Shown: in pieces, positions 51,326 through 63,868 of the stretch
How positions within the stretch are numbered: position 1 is the stretch's first letter
Layout of the letters: the number at the start of each line of letters is the position of its first letter
Assembly (NCBI RefSeq): GCF_006345805.1
Contig: NC_043008.1
Location: 68,014,001-68,078,000 of the forward strand
DNA from: Octopus sinensis
Lineage: Eukaryota
Reading direction: 5' to 3'
Length of the DNA: 64,000 bases
Translations under genes and position numbers: made by a program
Notes under the pieces: model-generated
The model's database searches: none
The model's input: only the letters and a program-made list of their open reading frames with translations
What the model was told of the DNA's origin: nothing

Positions 51326-51466
51326 GACGGGCTTCTTTCAATTTCTACCCACCAAATCCTGATGTTACAGTAGAAGACAGTTACCCTAGGTGCCACACAG
51401 TGGGACTGAACCTGGAACCATGCAGTTGGGAAGCAAGCTTCTTACCACACAGCCACACCTATGCCT
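50985..51466 (-). mobile_element. CORE-type SINE with internal (TACA)n
   Basis: Reverse copy of the SINE family. Confidence 0.75.
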
Positions 51467-51481
51467 ATATATATATATATA

Positions 51482-52443
51482 TTTCTGATAACAGAAATTA
51501 GCTAACATATATGTATGTATATAACAACATTAAAAATGATAGTGATAGAAATTCTAATAATGGGTAGAATAACAATACTAAGAATACTAATATCAATAAT
51601 AATAAAAATATAAATATAAATAAAAATAACACACGTCAAAGAACCAATAGAGCCCCTGTTAGATATGATAATACCAAGATATATAAAATAAATCATATAG
51701 AAACAACCCCAATAAAACTAATAGTAATAATAATAAAAATAACTATAGAAGGAAGAAGAATAATTATAACCATGACTTTATGATCTACAATAATAGTGAG
51801 GACAATTTCTACACCAAAAATAATATTACAAATAACAAACAGAATAAGGATAATATCTGGTTAATAATGCCCTTTGTGATGCAGCTAAAAACCAACAAAG
51901 TTAAATCTATAATGAGACTTATAAATAAGCACTTTAATATGAATACCAAATACTCAGAAATCTTTAACAATAAAATTAGAGTAGGCCATAGCTTAACTAG
52001 CAACCTAGCTACTATTATAACCTTCATCAACAATAAAAAGTTAGACACCTTGTATGAAACTAGGAAGACTAGCAATATAAAGCACAACAACCAATCGACT
52101 GATATAATAAATGACCTCCCTAATAGCTCGCCCTCAAATAATGTGGACACCTACTTTATAAATAATAATCCCACTCAACATATCATAGGCACAGACAAGC
52201 TTAATAATCTATGTGGCTGCAGAGATAAAAATACTTGTGAATTCTCAAATAAATGTAAAACTAAAAAGGTAATCTACGAATGTGATGTACTCACAAATAA
52301 TTACAAGAAAAAAATTATATTGGAGCAACAGAAAATGAAATGTAACTTAGATATAATTCCCATCATGCTAGTTTCAGAAATAGAAGTAATGCGAACTCTA
52401 CTGGACTAAGTAGTTGCATTTGGGAACTGAAAGACAATAACAT
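51482..52443 (+). pseudogene. Penelope-like element, left part: Cys-rich linker + N-terminal GIY-YIG endonuclease
   Basis: CGCRDKNTCEFSNKCKTKKVIYEC...(frameshift)YIGATENEM*LRYNSHHASFR...STGLSSCIWELKDN; starts next to (TA)n. Confidence 0.8.
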
Positions 52444-55093
52444 CATCAACATCATCATCATCGTTTAGCGTCCGTTTTCCATGCTAGCATGGGTTGGACG
52501 GTTCTACTGGGGTCTGTGAAGCCTGAAGGCTTCATCAGGCCCAGTCAAATCTGGCAGTGTTTCTACGGCTGGATGCCCTTCCTAACGCCAACCACTCCGT
52601 GAGTGTAGTGGGTGCTTTTTACGTGCCACCCGCACTGGTGCCAGACAGTGCTGGCAAACGGCCACGAACGGATGGTGCTTTTTATGTGCCACCGGCACGA
52701 GGGCCAGGCGAGGCTGGCAACAGACACGAAACGGGGCGGTGCTGGCAACGGTCGCAAAACGGAAAGTTCTCTTACATGCCACCGGCACTGGTAACACATC
52801 TGCAATTTCCATTGATCGATTTCCATTGATCGATTTCGATTCTGATCCTCACTTGCTTCAACGGGTCTTCACAAGTAGAGTTTCGACATGCCACCGGCAC
52901 TGGTAACACATCCGTAATTTCCATTGATCGATTTCGATTCTGATCCTCACTTGCCTCAACACGTCTTCACAAGTAGAGTTTTGTGTCCCAAGAAGGGAAG
53001 GTATGCATACGTAGGCTGGCTCCATCCCATGTAGAAGGCCACTGGTTATGGACTCACTTGTCCTGCCGGGTCTTCTCACGCACAGCACACTTCCAGAGGT
53101 CTCGGTCTCTAGTCATTTCCTCAGTGAGACCTAAAGTTCAAAGGTCGTGCTTCACCACCTCGTCCCAGGTTTTCCTGGGTCTGCCTCTTCCACAGGTTCC
53201 TCAACCGCTAGGGTGTGGCACTTTTTCACACAACTATCTTCATCCATTCTCGCCACATGACCATACCAGCGCAAACGTCTCTCTTGCACACACAACTGAT
53301 GCTTCTTAGGTCCAGCTTTTCTCTCAAGGTACTTACACTCTGCCGAGTGTGAGTACCGGCATTACACATCCATCGGAGCATACTGGCTTCATTTCTAGCA
53401 AGCTTACGCATATCCTCAGCAGTCACGGCCCATGTTTCACTGCCATGTAGCATGGCTGTTCGTACACACGCATCATACAGTCTGCCTTTCACTCTGTGCG
53501 AGAGGCCTTTTGTCACCAGCAGAGGTAAGAGCTCTCTGAACTTTGCCCAAGCTATTCTTACTCTAGCAGTTACACTTTCAGCACACCCGCCCCCGCTGCT
53601 GACTTGGTCACCTAGGTAACGGAAACTATCAACTATTTCTAGTTTTTCTCCCTGGAAAGTGACGGAAGTTGGTCTCAGAGCATTTTCAGTGTTTATTGTT
53701 CCTGAGCATCTGCCACATACAAAAACCATCTTCCTAGTTAGCCTTCCTTTGACATTGCTGCATCTCTTATGTGTCCATAGCTTACACTTGGTGCATCTTA
53801 TAGAGTTTCTACCTACACCTTTTCTACAGATCGAGCAGGGCCATCTACCTGAAGGTGTTTGTGATTTGTCTACCTTCCTACTGATTACGACTTTGGTTTT
53901 AGCTAGATTGACTCTGAGGCCCTTCGATTCTAATCCTTGTTTCCACACCTGAAACTTCTCCTCCAGTTCTGATAGCGACTCAGCAATTAGAGCAAGGTCA
54001 TCAGCATAGAGGAGCTCCAAGGGCATCCTGTCTTGAATTCCTCCGTTATTGCCTGGAGGACTATGATAAATAGGAGGGGGCTGAGTACTGAGCCTTGGTG
54101 GACCCCTACCTCTACCCGGAATTCTTCACTGTACTCATTTCCAACCCTCACCCTACTAGCAGCGTCCCTATACATGGCCCGCACAGCTCTCACTAACCAT
54201 TCATCTATCCCTAGTTTCCTCATTGCCCACCAGATAAGGGATCGGGGGACCCTGTCGAAGGCTTTCTCCATGTCAACAAAAGCCAGGTACAGGGGCTTAT
54301 CTTTGGCTAGGTATTTCTCCTGCAGTTGCCTTACCAGGAATATAGCATCAGTAGTACTTTTCCTGGCACAAACCCAAACTGCATCTCATCTAAACTAACT
54401 CTCTCTCTAATTAGTTGGGCTATGACTCTCTCCGTAACCTTCATCACCTGATCCAACAGCTTGATACCTCTGTAGTTATTTGTATCTAGGGCATCACCTT
54501 TACCTTTGTAGCAGTTGACTATTATACTGCTACACCAGTCATTGGGTATGACCCCTTTGTGTATCACCTGATTAACTATACGGGTGACTAGGCTATAGCC
54601 GACACTACCAGACATTTTGAGCATCTCTGCAGTGATTCCTGATGGGCCTGGGGCTTTCCCTGTCTTTATACTTCTAATTGCCTTAGCTACCACGGAACTA
54701 TCAACTCGGATAGCTGGTCCCTCTGTTGGGTCAACATTCGGCAGACTCTCTTTATCCCATTCATTTTCTTCATTCAGCAACCTTTCATAGTGGCATCTCC
54801 AAACCTCTCTCTTTGCATCCTCATTTAGCGCAAGTGAACCATCTTCCATGCGAACACACTTCTCTCCTACCACATCACGATTCTCTCTCACACACTGTCT
54901 TGCAACACGAAACACCTCCAGTCTTTGGTCCTCACGGCGCAGAACATTGGCAAATTTTTTCTTATCTGCTTCCCCTCTGGCTAAATAAACCTGTCTCCTA
55001 GCTTCTCTTTTGGCAGTCTGATACAATTCCCTGCTACCCCCATTTTTCCAGACCTTCCAAGCCTGTCTCTTTTCTCTAATAGCCCTGTCTACA
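52444..55093 (-). mobile_element. Young 5'-truncated RTE LINE (RT with internal PHD-type finger), inserted in the Penelope-like GIY-YIG ORF
   Basis: ORF pieces 55098-54331, 54271-53987 and 54026-53226 with GKAPGPSGI, NYRGIKLL, QFGFVPG, MEKAFDRV, GVHQGSVLSPLLF, LLYADDL, FRYLG; few frameshifts; (GAT)n tail; AACAT on both sides (52439-52443, 55094-55098). Confidence 0.95.
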
Positions 55094-55287
55094 AACATTA
55101 ATTATAAATTAGAATGGTGTGTCCTAGCCAAAACTTCTTCATATAACATCGTAATAATCGTTGTAATTCATATATAAACAAAAAATTCTTCATCTTAATG
55201 GCCAAATCAAAATTACTTAATAAATGAGATGAGAAAAATATAATTTGTTTACATAATGATAAATTTTTATTCTCGAAATATCGCTAA
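55094..55287 (+). pseudogene. Penelope-like element, right part of GIY-YIG domain
   Basis: Resumes NINYKLEWCVLAKTSSYN..RCNSYINKKFFIL...LLNK*DE...CLHNDKF...*, continuing from WELKDN at 52440. Confidence 0.75.
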
Positions 55288-55494
55288 ATCTTACTTATTC
55301 TTTAAATATCGCTAATCCCTACATTACAGGTTATTAGCGGACCTGCTTAACATCTTTTTACCTCCCTTAACCACCCCACTTACCAGATAACATAACTCCA
55401 CGTCACATTTTAAACCAATTACCCCAATTAACCGAACTATATATTATAATCTACGTAATACACCAGTGCAAAATCACCTCCCTCCGACAAGTCA

Positions 55495-55830
55495 TCCTAA
55501 CGAGACGTCTGTGTTGGCTAGGTCATGCCCTCTGTCGTCAACCAGGAAAATTCATCTGCGAAGCAATTGCCCCAGCTCCCCTTCAGGGTTGGCGAAAACC
55601 ATGTGGTGGACAATGAAAAACCTGGATGATGACAGTCAAGGCTGATCTGGAACCCAACCTAGGCCCCCATGTCTACTGCATTCACCACTGAAATAAGGAG
55701 TGGTTGGAGATTACGCAGTCATTAGCCTCAAATCGCCAGGTCTGGTTGGCGTTTGTGAGAGATGCTGCATTGAGGATGAATGAACCCAACTCAACCCACC
55801 CCAGATGAATGCTGTCTCAAGTCAAGTCAA
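55495..55830 (+). mobile_element. 3' end of another RTE-clade LINE with (CAAGT)n tail
   Basis: RRLCWLGHAL...GWRKPCGGQ*KTWMMTVKADL...LASNRQVW; caagtca present at both ends. Confidence 0.7.
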
Positions 55831-56658
55831 AAGCCAATATACTAAGGCATTAATCCTATATATTAAATCCACTTGATAGCTAGACTACCAACTCGCATTA
55901 CATGTTATAATTTTCTATTGATTTTAATGTCTTTTATGTACACTTCAACTCTTTTTACTATTCCTTTACATAGCCCATATGTATTTGCTATATTGTACAA
56001 ATTTTAAATAGCATCCTTAGTTTTCGACAAGGGCTTCCTTTGAAATTACAGGGACTAACTTAGAAGCGACAAATCAGCAATACTTATTACTAATAACAAC
56101 ACCAGATATCCCCACAAGGTATAACTCCTTCGACCAATACCGCCGGTCAAATAGCCACTGTCCCCACTTACTGTCACATGCATCCAATGAAGGAATCTAC
56201 TAACACGTGGAAATATACTAGTCACTAAAATGTAAGCCTTTAGCTTTAATGAACAATTTTCTTTTTCTTTTTTCTTTTTCTTTCATTGCCTTTCTTTTCC
56301 CTCTGATTGTTCTGAAGTTGTTTATTAAATGTAACAAGGTAAATGTAAATTTACTCCAATTTGATAAACAGAAACAGGTGTAAATGTACCAAATTCAATT
56401 AAATAATGAGTTTTAAACACCAATGATCCACTTCTCATTGTTAATTATTTCACCATTTCTTATCTTCTCTCTCTATATATACAAACACAAACACACACAC
56501 GCACACACACACATATATATATATATACACACATATACATACATATATATACATGTATATACACATATATACATATATATATATACACATATACATATAC
56601 ATATATATACTAGTGCATGTATATATGTGTATATATATGTGTACATATGTGTACATAT

Positions 56659-56900
56659 GGGAAAAGCCATTGCGAAGAAGACTTGCTGAAATGATTCATA
56701 ATTGTTGCCATGTGATGCTTTTATATGACTTTTAAGCTTGGCCAAGCTTTTACACATTTTATTACATACTAGGCAACTGTGCTGACTGGCAGGAGAAACG
56801 GGTGCCACCATATGCACTCTCTTAACATGTCTTTTTAGACTTCCAACTGAGAGGCACACCCTTCCACATTCTACACACGTTCTGTTATGAATTTTAATAA
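56659..56900 (-). mobile_element. Two C2H2 zinc fingers, probably the 3' end of an RTE LINE
   Basis: CVECGRVCLSVGSLKRHVKRVH and [22 protein letters not shown]; no TGEKP linker; runs into a (TA/TG)n tract. Confidence 0.55.
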
Positions 56901-57536
56901 CCACATTATTGTATATCATGGGTCAATTTCTATGAGAATTTTGATGGCTCACCAGGCCTGCATGACTCAAACACCTCTGCCCACAAACCACACACATAAA
57001 ATGCAACACTCTCTCACTTTCCACAGGTTACCCCTCCTAAGCCCCTCCCAATTCTCTCATACTTCACTCTCTCCCTCTCAGACCTTGAGCAACCATCATG
57101 CACTATCTTCCGCCTTCCATCATGGTCTTGTGCCTCCCTCTCCCAATTACCAGCTGCAATTTCTGTCTGTATTAGAGCATTTTAAGGTAATCCTTAAACC
57201 TTAGTTTAAGCTTATGTGCTAGTCTCCTGCCATCTTCCAGCTCACCATACAATAGCTGCTTGGGCAGTCGCTCATCACTCATCCTTACTAAATGTACCCC
57301 CACTTCAAACGTCTATATATATATATATATATTTCTTGGCAACTGATGTAGGTGTGTTTATGTCCCATAACATAGCAGTTCGGCAAAAGAGACTGATAGA
57401 ATAAGTACTAGACTTACAAAGAATAAGTTCTTGAGTCGAAATGTTCAACTAAAGGTGGTGCTCCAGCATGGCTGCTGTTAGATGACTGAAACAGATTTAA
57501 AAAAAGAAAAAGGAATATATATATATGTATATATAT

Positions 57537-57822
57537 ATATTGTTATATTTCGGAATGGTCATATTGCCAGTTTAGCCAATAAAAACACACGCTCTATATA
57601 TTTGGTGTTACTTTGCTTCAGTGTTATTTATTTATTTTTACATTAATCTTAATTTTATTTCGGCCAGAGTTCTTTCGTCACACTCCTGTGACCGCATCAG
57701 TGGTCCTTTGTTTTCTTCTTTCTTATTTGTGTCTCTCCTTACTAACCGTCAGCCATTTTGTATTTCTATTGTATTTCTATTGGCTAAACTGGCAATATGA
57801 CCATTCCGAAATATAACAATAT
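57537..57822 (-). mobile_element. 286-bp element with perfect 45-bp terminal inverted repeat and internal hammerhead variant
   Basis: IR 57537-57581 / 57778-57822; adjacent to (TA)n; hammerhead-like motif at 57664-57703. Confidence 0.7.
57664..57703 (-). ncRNA. Minimal hammerhead variant
   Basis: Minus: CCA-CTGATGCG-GTCACA-GGAG-TGTGAC-GAAA-GAAC-TC-TGG; stems I and II perfect, core deviates at A9. Confidence 0.55.
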
Positions 57823-59077
57823 CTGTTTCAACACACGACTGCACTTAAAAAATCTTGCACAACAAATATATATATATATAACACACACACACACACACAT
57901 ACATACACATATACAGATAGATATGCATATATATATATATATATACATCCATGAATGTACATACACATAATATATATACATATACTTATATATACACTTT
58001 CATGTAGGAGTAATCTGGTATTAACACAGGGTACACTTCTAAGAACTTGTGTAATATTATGTATGTTACTTTAAAAGCAAGAAGCAACATATACCATTAC
58101 GTACATCTTGATAGACATGTGAGATCATGGTTCCATAAAGAAAACTTTCAGCCATTTTCATCTCCACTGTTATTCAGTTATCATGCTGACAGATGAGAAA
58201 GTTCTTCTACTTTTGTGGGGCATCAGCTCAGTGCACTCTTGACTGTGACCTATTCCTCAAAACAGCAGATGTAGGGTCAAAAAGAGGGATTTCATGATGC
58301 TTTTTGAAAATGACATTGCTATTATTACAAGAAATGAGATTAGAATTTTGGCTCATGCAGACTAAACCAGGCCTAGACTTGAAACACTTGAAATAAGTGA
58401 AGATGATGGCATAAGTGACGATGGTACTATCTTTGCAATGGTACCTCTCATGGTTTGAGAAGCATCTTTTATGGTGATGTGGAATAAGATCAAACCTAAT
58501 TGGAAGAAACCTTTAGATTCAGGAATCAGTGTTTTCACAATATACGGAATCATTGTTATGAATATTATATAGTGTGAATAATTGCATAATGAGATTATGT
58601 TATTGATATATTAATAATTATGCATGGCATTTTGGCTGTTTACATGTATCTGGGTACAAACATGCAACCTATCACTTGACTGAGACTATTAACAGTAAAG
58701 GTTCACACATGAAAACAGGCAATATTTGGATAAACTCTTTATCACACGACACAACACTCAAAACTTTCACTTTAGTTCAACCAAAACATATCATTTTCAT
58801 ACTTTATTTTTCCTTTGGGCGGGGAACAAAAGGTTCTTCTTAAAATGCAATTTTTTTTTTATATAATGTTGTTATAAGTGGCTATGAGAGAATTGTCAAA
58901 ATTATGTGTTTTGGTGGGGATAAGTGAGATGTTGTCTAGAATGTTTGTATGTGTAGGAGTGAGACACAATCTCAAATATTTGAGCAGAATTCTAATGTTA
59001 GCTTCACTTGTTGCAAGTAGAGGGTTGGCAATTATTCTAATCTGGAGTATATTCTGTTAGAAGGATATGGTCTAGAC

Positions 59078-59620
59078 TATTGGTTCTCAACAATTTATAG
59101 TTCAATGACTCTTTTCACAGAATGACATTTTACAAAGACCCACCCCTCATATTTTACAATAAAAATAACAGATTATTTTAATCAAACATAAGCTAATTTG
59201 GCACAGTGGTTTACTATCCATGTTTTCTTAAGCTATCCCATCCAGTATGTGTCTCTATTTAGATATTTGCTTGGACTAGTGCCCCACTATGTTAGATTTT
59301 TTTAATGGAAATTACTAAAGAACATAAGAACTTATATAAAGAAATAGTTTCGGACCTTGATGCATCACCAATAATATATTCTGTTCACTAAGAACACAAT
59401 ATTCTCTTCATATTTTAAACCCAACAATGTTTTCTATTTTTTTTTTTATTTTAATGATTAAAATACAACAAATATTTTATCTGGTTTCAAAATTTTATTT
59501 CTAAGATGTATCACAGCCCTCTAAACACAGTGCCCCCATAGTACCCTCTTGACATTTTCTTCCTCTTGGTGAGTACACAACATCCCAAGTGAGTGGCACC
59601 ACCTACCTTAAGAAGCTCTG
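59078..59620. mobile_element. hAT (Charlie-like) non-autonomous element
   Basis: Perfect 8-bp TSD GTCTAGAC on both sides; decayed TIR tattggttctcaa / ttaagaagctctg. Confidence 0.7.
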
Positions 59621-59809
59621 GTCTAGACAGCATGAGTGTGTAATAAATATAGCCCCAATAAATCTGTAAACAGAAGTGTCAGGGGTCAATAGTTGTTCAG
59701 GGCTAATACCCTTGTAAGGTATAGAAAGGAAAAACTGGTGTTTGTCGATGTTACTGTTTTAACACTTTAGGAGTTATGTTATATACAACTTTACAATATG
59801 TACAGTACT

Positions 59810-60025
59810 CAAGGGGGTGAGCTGGTAGAACTGATAGCCGACTGGGCAAAATGCTTAGCGACACTTCGTCCGTCCTTACAATCTGGGTTCAAATTCCGCC
59901 ATGGTCAACTTTGCCTTTCATCCTTTCAGGGTTGATAAAATAAGTACCAGTTGATTACTGAGGTTTATGTAATTGACTCATTCCTTCTCTCAAACTTGCT
60001 GGCCTTGTGCCAAATTTTTTAAACC
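59810..60025 (+). mobile_element. Meta/Sauria-like SINE
   Basis: ggtgagctggtagaa...gggttcaaattccgcc...gcctttcatcctttcaggggttgataaaataagtaccag. Confidence 0.8.
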
Positions 60026-60612
60026 AACATTTACAGTACTCCTTACACTCACCAGAATCACTTATATAATGTGAGAGTTTTATTATATGTAACTTCACAA
60101 CATTTACAGAACTCCTGGTACTTACCAGAGTAACTTATATAACTTTAACATCGCGGAAGTTACACCAGATACACCTTGGTTGTGTATGTTGTACTCCTGA
60201 TGTTCGCCAGAGTCACTTACAGTCAACCTCTTTCTTCAATGGGAGTAATATATATATATAATATTACTTCCATTGAGGAAACCTAAAAGTTACAATTGGA
60301 AATATCAAAGAATTTATCAGTTCCAAAATATCTGAAATTTCTAAAAGTGGGATGCCTTCATTACTTCTATTCAGTGGAGGGAGGTAATGGAGGGGGAGGA
60401 GTATACAGAGTATATTTCAAATAACATGTTTGTTTCTTTTATTTGATGGTTGACTGAGGTGGTTGAAACCCTTCACTTGCAATGTCTTCATGTTCTGGCA
60501 TTAAAACAAAACCACTTTACCCCACCTTGATTTTTGTTTAAGTAAACTTAGTCAATTGTCCAGTTTAAAACATCACCCATGGCTCTTTGGTTATTTTTAG
60601 CAGAGTCCAATC

Positions 60613-61045
60613 TGTAACATGGATGAAAGGTCTGTAACACTGGAAGGGTGCAGCTCTCATCCCTTACATTAAATTATTAATCGAAGGAAAAGCCAAGACT
60701 TCTGAATATCTTCAATAAATATTTTATTTCTGGATTCGCAATATATATATATTCTTCTTCAGGGCGAATTGGTAGCCTAAGAGCTCATCACAGTGGTCAA
60801 GTAGAGTGAGCCAAATTCTGTCCATTCAAGCATAGTGTAGCAACGCCATGAGGTGGCAGTTTGAGAGAGCTGTTAAAAACATGACCATCCTGTTCGGCTG
60901 TCAGCATTCGAGAGAGATCGATACAAGGGAAATTTTGCAGCTGCTAGTTTTCTGCGCATGCACATGAGGGAACTTCTGGCAGGCCTGTCAGAAGAATCCA
61001 ACTCTGCTCATGCATGCTGAAGACTTCCAAAATGGCATCACTACA
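60613..61045. mobile_element. Probable solo LTR, copy 2
   Basis: AATC|TGTAACA ... CACTACA|AATC (4-bp TSD, TGTA/TACA ends); similar to 47519-47898. Confidence 0.65.
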
Positions 61046-62004
61046 AATCTGTTTCAAACATTCAGGTTAGGTTGTAGTAAGAGCCTAGCTAAGATTTGCA
61101 CTATAGCTCTTAAATTTTCCCAGTCTTAGAACCATGAACTAATGTATTGCCATGAAAGTTATTTAATGCTTATGTGAATATAGTTCAACTAATCAGCAGT
61201 GGCTGACTTATGACCAATGTGGCAGACTTCAAAGGAGATGTACAAGTTTTCCCATGAAACAGTGTGGTCAAAGATTCTAGAAGCTGCCTTACAGTTATAA
61301 AAGCTGGAAAATTCAACTCAAGCCAGAGAGGCACCGAGCTACCTATGGGAATTTATGTTACTGGTTGTGGCAGGGGAGTCTCTCTCTCCTTCTTCCACTT
61401 TTCTTATATAATGTATTTATACCATACTCAACAAAAGCCACTAATCTTAAACTGTAGTGTTGAGTAACACACATCAATTATATGCAATGATTTAAATTCT
61501 TAGCAATGCTTTCATAATATTATCCAACAAGTTATATACAAAAAGTTCCTAACTCTTATGTTTGTTGAACATGGTTCTATTAACTTATTGAATATATATT
61601 TGCAAATTTAACAATACAGTTTAATAAAATATTTGAAAACTGAATTGTACTTTTGTGTGGTCATTGTCTATACACAGAATCTAGCTTATATTGTGAATTA
61701 CCTCAGAAGAATATATGAATAACCAACACCCTAAAAGATCTCCTGTCAGGGGAAAACTTTCTCTCTGTTCTCAGTGGATCCTAAAAAAGGGTTGTAATTG
61801 TTGCTCTTCCCCTACTGACTCAGTCATATATAAAACTAGCATTAGAGACCTGTTGTTGCTGGGTCATAGTGCTAGTGCATGTATATATGTGTATATATAT
61901 ATGTGTACATATTACATGTACATCTATATATATACATCTACACATAAAATACAAAATACAAAGTTATATCTTGATATCGCTAGTGATAACAATACTCAAA
62001 ATAT

Positions 62005-62340
62005 ATAACAGACTGGAATTGTTAGCCCATCTCTTGTAATTTCGATCAATTGTATCTTGTCCTCCCTCTTGTATAGAAGTGTGGCTACAATCCAGCCTAC
62101 CTCTACTTCTGGGGGGGATGGACTTTTTAAATTTTTTTCCAGGACGTCCTGCGTCCTAGATATAAGGGTAAAAATAAAATATTTCCACTCTGCCAGTTCG
62201 AGTCGAGTACTCCCTTGCACGCTCTGTTGACTCGAACCTTGCTTCTATTGTGGCGAATTTACCGCCTCTGATTAGATACCTTTCATAGTCGCACCAAGAC
62301 ACTTTTCGAAGGTGCTTTCCTCCATGTGTTCAAATCTTCT
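62005..62340 (-). pseudogene. Possible decayed L1/Tx1-type ORF1 fragment
   Basis: GC-richer coding-like island; frameshifted reading YLIRGGKFATIEARFESTERAREYST...FLPLYLGRRTS...PPEVEVGWIVA resembles RRM-type ORF1; family assignment is by impression only. Confidence 0.3.
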
Positions 62341-62659
62341 TTTTTCTCTACATTGTATACTTTATAGACAATAGTCTTTTCTTTAATATAATTTTTTATT
62401 ATCCATATGGACTATTCCATTTCTGCATGCTAATTTTATTTTTAATTCATTCCCATTCATGTGAAACCACTTATTCAAGTTGAAATCATTGATGCAATTT
62501 TATACCAATTCCTATTTTTACTTTTGTTATGTTACGATTATATTATACTTTAGTTTGATTTTAATTATTACTTACTACATATAATTCAATTGCTATTATC
62601 ATTTTTATTGTTAAAGTGAAAGTATCTGACATAAAATAGAGAAACATTTTGTTTCACTT

Positions 62660-62938
62660 TTAACACATAATACTGAAATAGTGGAGAAGATATGATATTG
62701 CTATGGGCTCGCTCTAGGCAAGAAGTTGAACATTTTTTTGCCCATGAAACTACATGGACCCTAAGTAAGGCATGTTTAAAATTTGAATAGAATTTGTTGT
62801 GTAGTTCTCAAGTTTTAGGGAATCGTAATGGAGAAGATATGATATTGCTGTGGGCTCGCCCTAGGCAAAAAGTTCTCAAGTTTTAGGGAAACACACAGAC
62901 AGACAGACACACATTCTCAGTTTTATATATATAAAGAT
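62660..62938 (-). mobile_element. Non-autonomous Helitron 5' portion (family of 14661-14980)
   Basis: cattctcagttttatatatataaaga end; internal gaccctaagtaagg matches 14763-14776 in reverse; internal ~45-bp duplication. Confidence 0.6.
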
Positions 62939-63059
62939 TGCTTTCTCACTGTTAAAAAAATATTATGAGATGGAGTAGAATTAACAACCAAAATTCAATT
63001 GCCAGGAATGATGCAAGTGAATTAGAAAACCAAATCTTAGCGATGTGCTTGGATTAATA

Positions 63060-63282
63060 ATGGTTTCACATTTTCGCACAAGGCCAGCAATTTTGGAGGA
63101 GGGGTAAGTCTGGTAAATCAATTACATCAACCCCACTGTTCAACTGGTAATTATTTTATAGACCCTGAAAGGATGGAGAGCAAAGCTAACTTCAGTGGAA
63201 TTTGAACTCAGATCATAAAGATAGATGAAATACCATGAAGCATTTTGCCTGATGTGCTAATGATTTTGCAAGCTCACTGCTT
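63060..63282 (-). mobile_element. Meta/Sauria-like SINE
   Basis: Reverse copy of the SINE family. Confidence 0.7.
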
Positions 63283-63369
63283 TCATTAGGGTTAATAATA
63301 AGACTTGTTTCTAAGATAGGTAAATAGAGGCATATCTTAAGAGAAAGACATAATTGATTTGATTGACTC

Positions 63370-63705
63370 CAGTAACAGAAGCTATCAACTACTTCTAGTT
63401 TTCCCCTCAGGCATGTGATGGAATCTATTTTCTGTACGTTTTTGTTGTTTATTGTACCTGTGCACCTTCCACGCACAAAAGCTATCTTCCTGTTAACTTT
63501 CCTCTGATATTGCTGCACCTCTTATGTGTCCATAGCTTACACCAGGTACATCTTATGGAGTTTCTACCTACACCTTTTCTACAGATTAAGCAGAGCTATC
63601 TACCTGAAGGGATTTGCGATTTGTCCACCTTCCTACTTTTGTTTTTTACTAGTTTAACTCTAGGCTCTTTGATTCCTAACCGTGCTTCCACACCTGAAAC
63701 TTCTT
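63370..63705 (-). mobile_element. Internal fragment of PHD-bearing RTE
   Basis: Matches 53612-53958 (finger region to KLEVVDSFCY). Confidence 0.85.
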
Positions 63706-63711
63706 AAATGA

Positions 63712-63868
63712 CAGGCTTTTCATTTTCCATCTACCAAATCCACTCACAAGGCTTTGATCAGCCCAAGGCTATAGTAGAAAACACTTACCAAAGGTGCCAT
63801 GCAGTGGGACTGAACCTAGAACCATGTGGTTGGGAAGCAAGCTTCTAATAACAGAGCCATGCCTCCAC
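63712..63868 (-). mobile_element. CORE-type SINE 5' half
   Basis: ctaccaaatccactcacaaggc...gggactgaacc...gggaagcaagc. Confidence 0.8.

Noticed and set aside
55224-55230. In-frame TGA in the PLE endonuclease as selenocysteine (known in some Naiad elements)
   Set aside because: Falls where Arg is expected (LNKRxE), so a CGA/AGA-to-TGA change in a copy with other stops and frameshifts is simpler.
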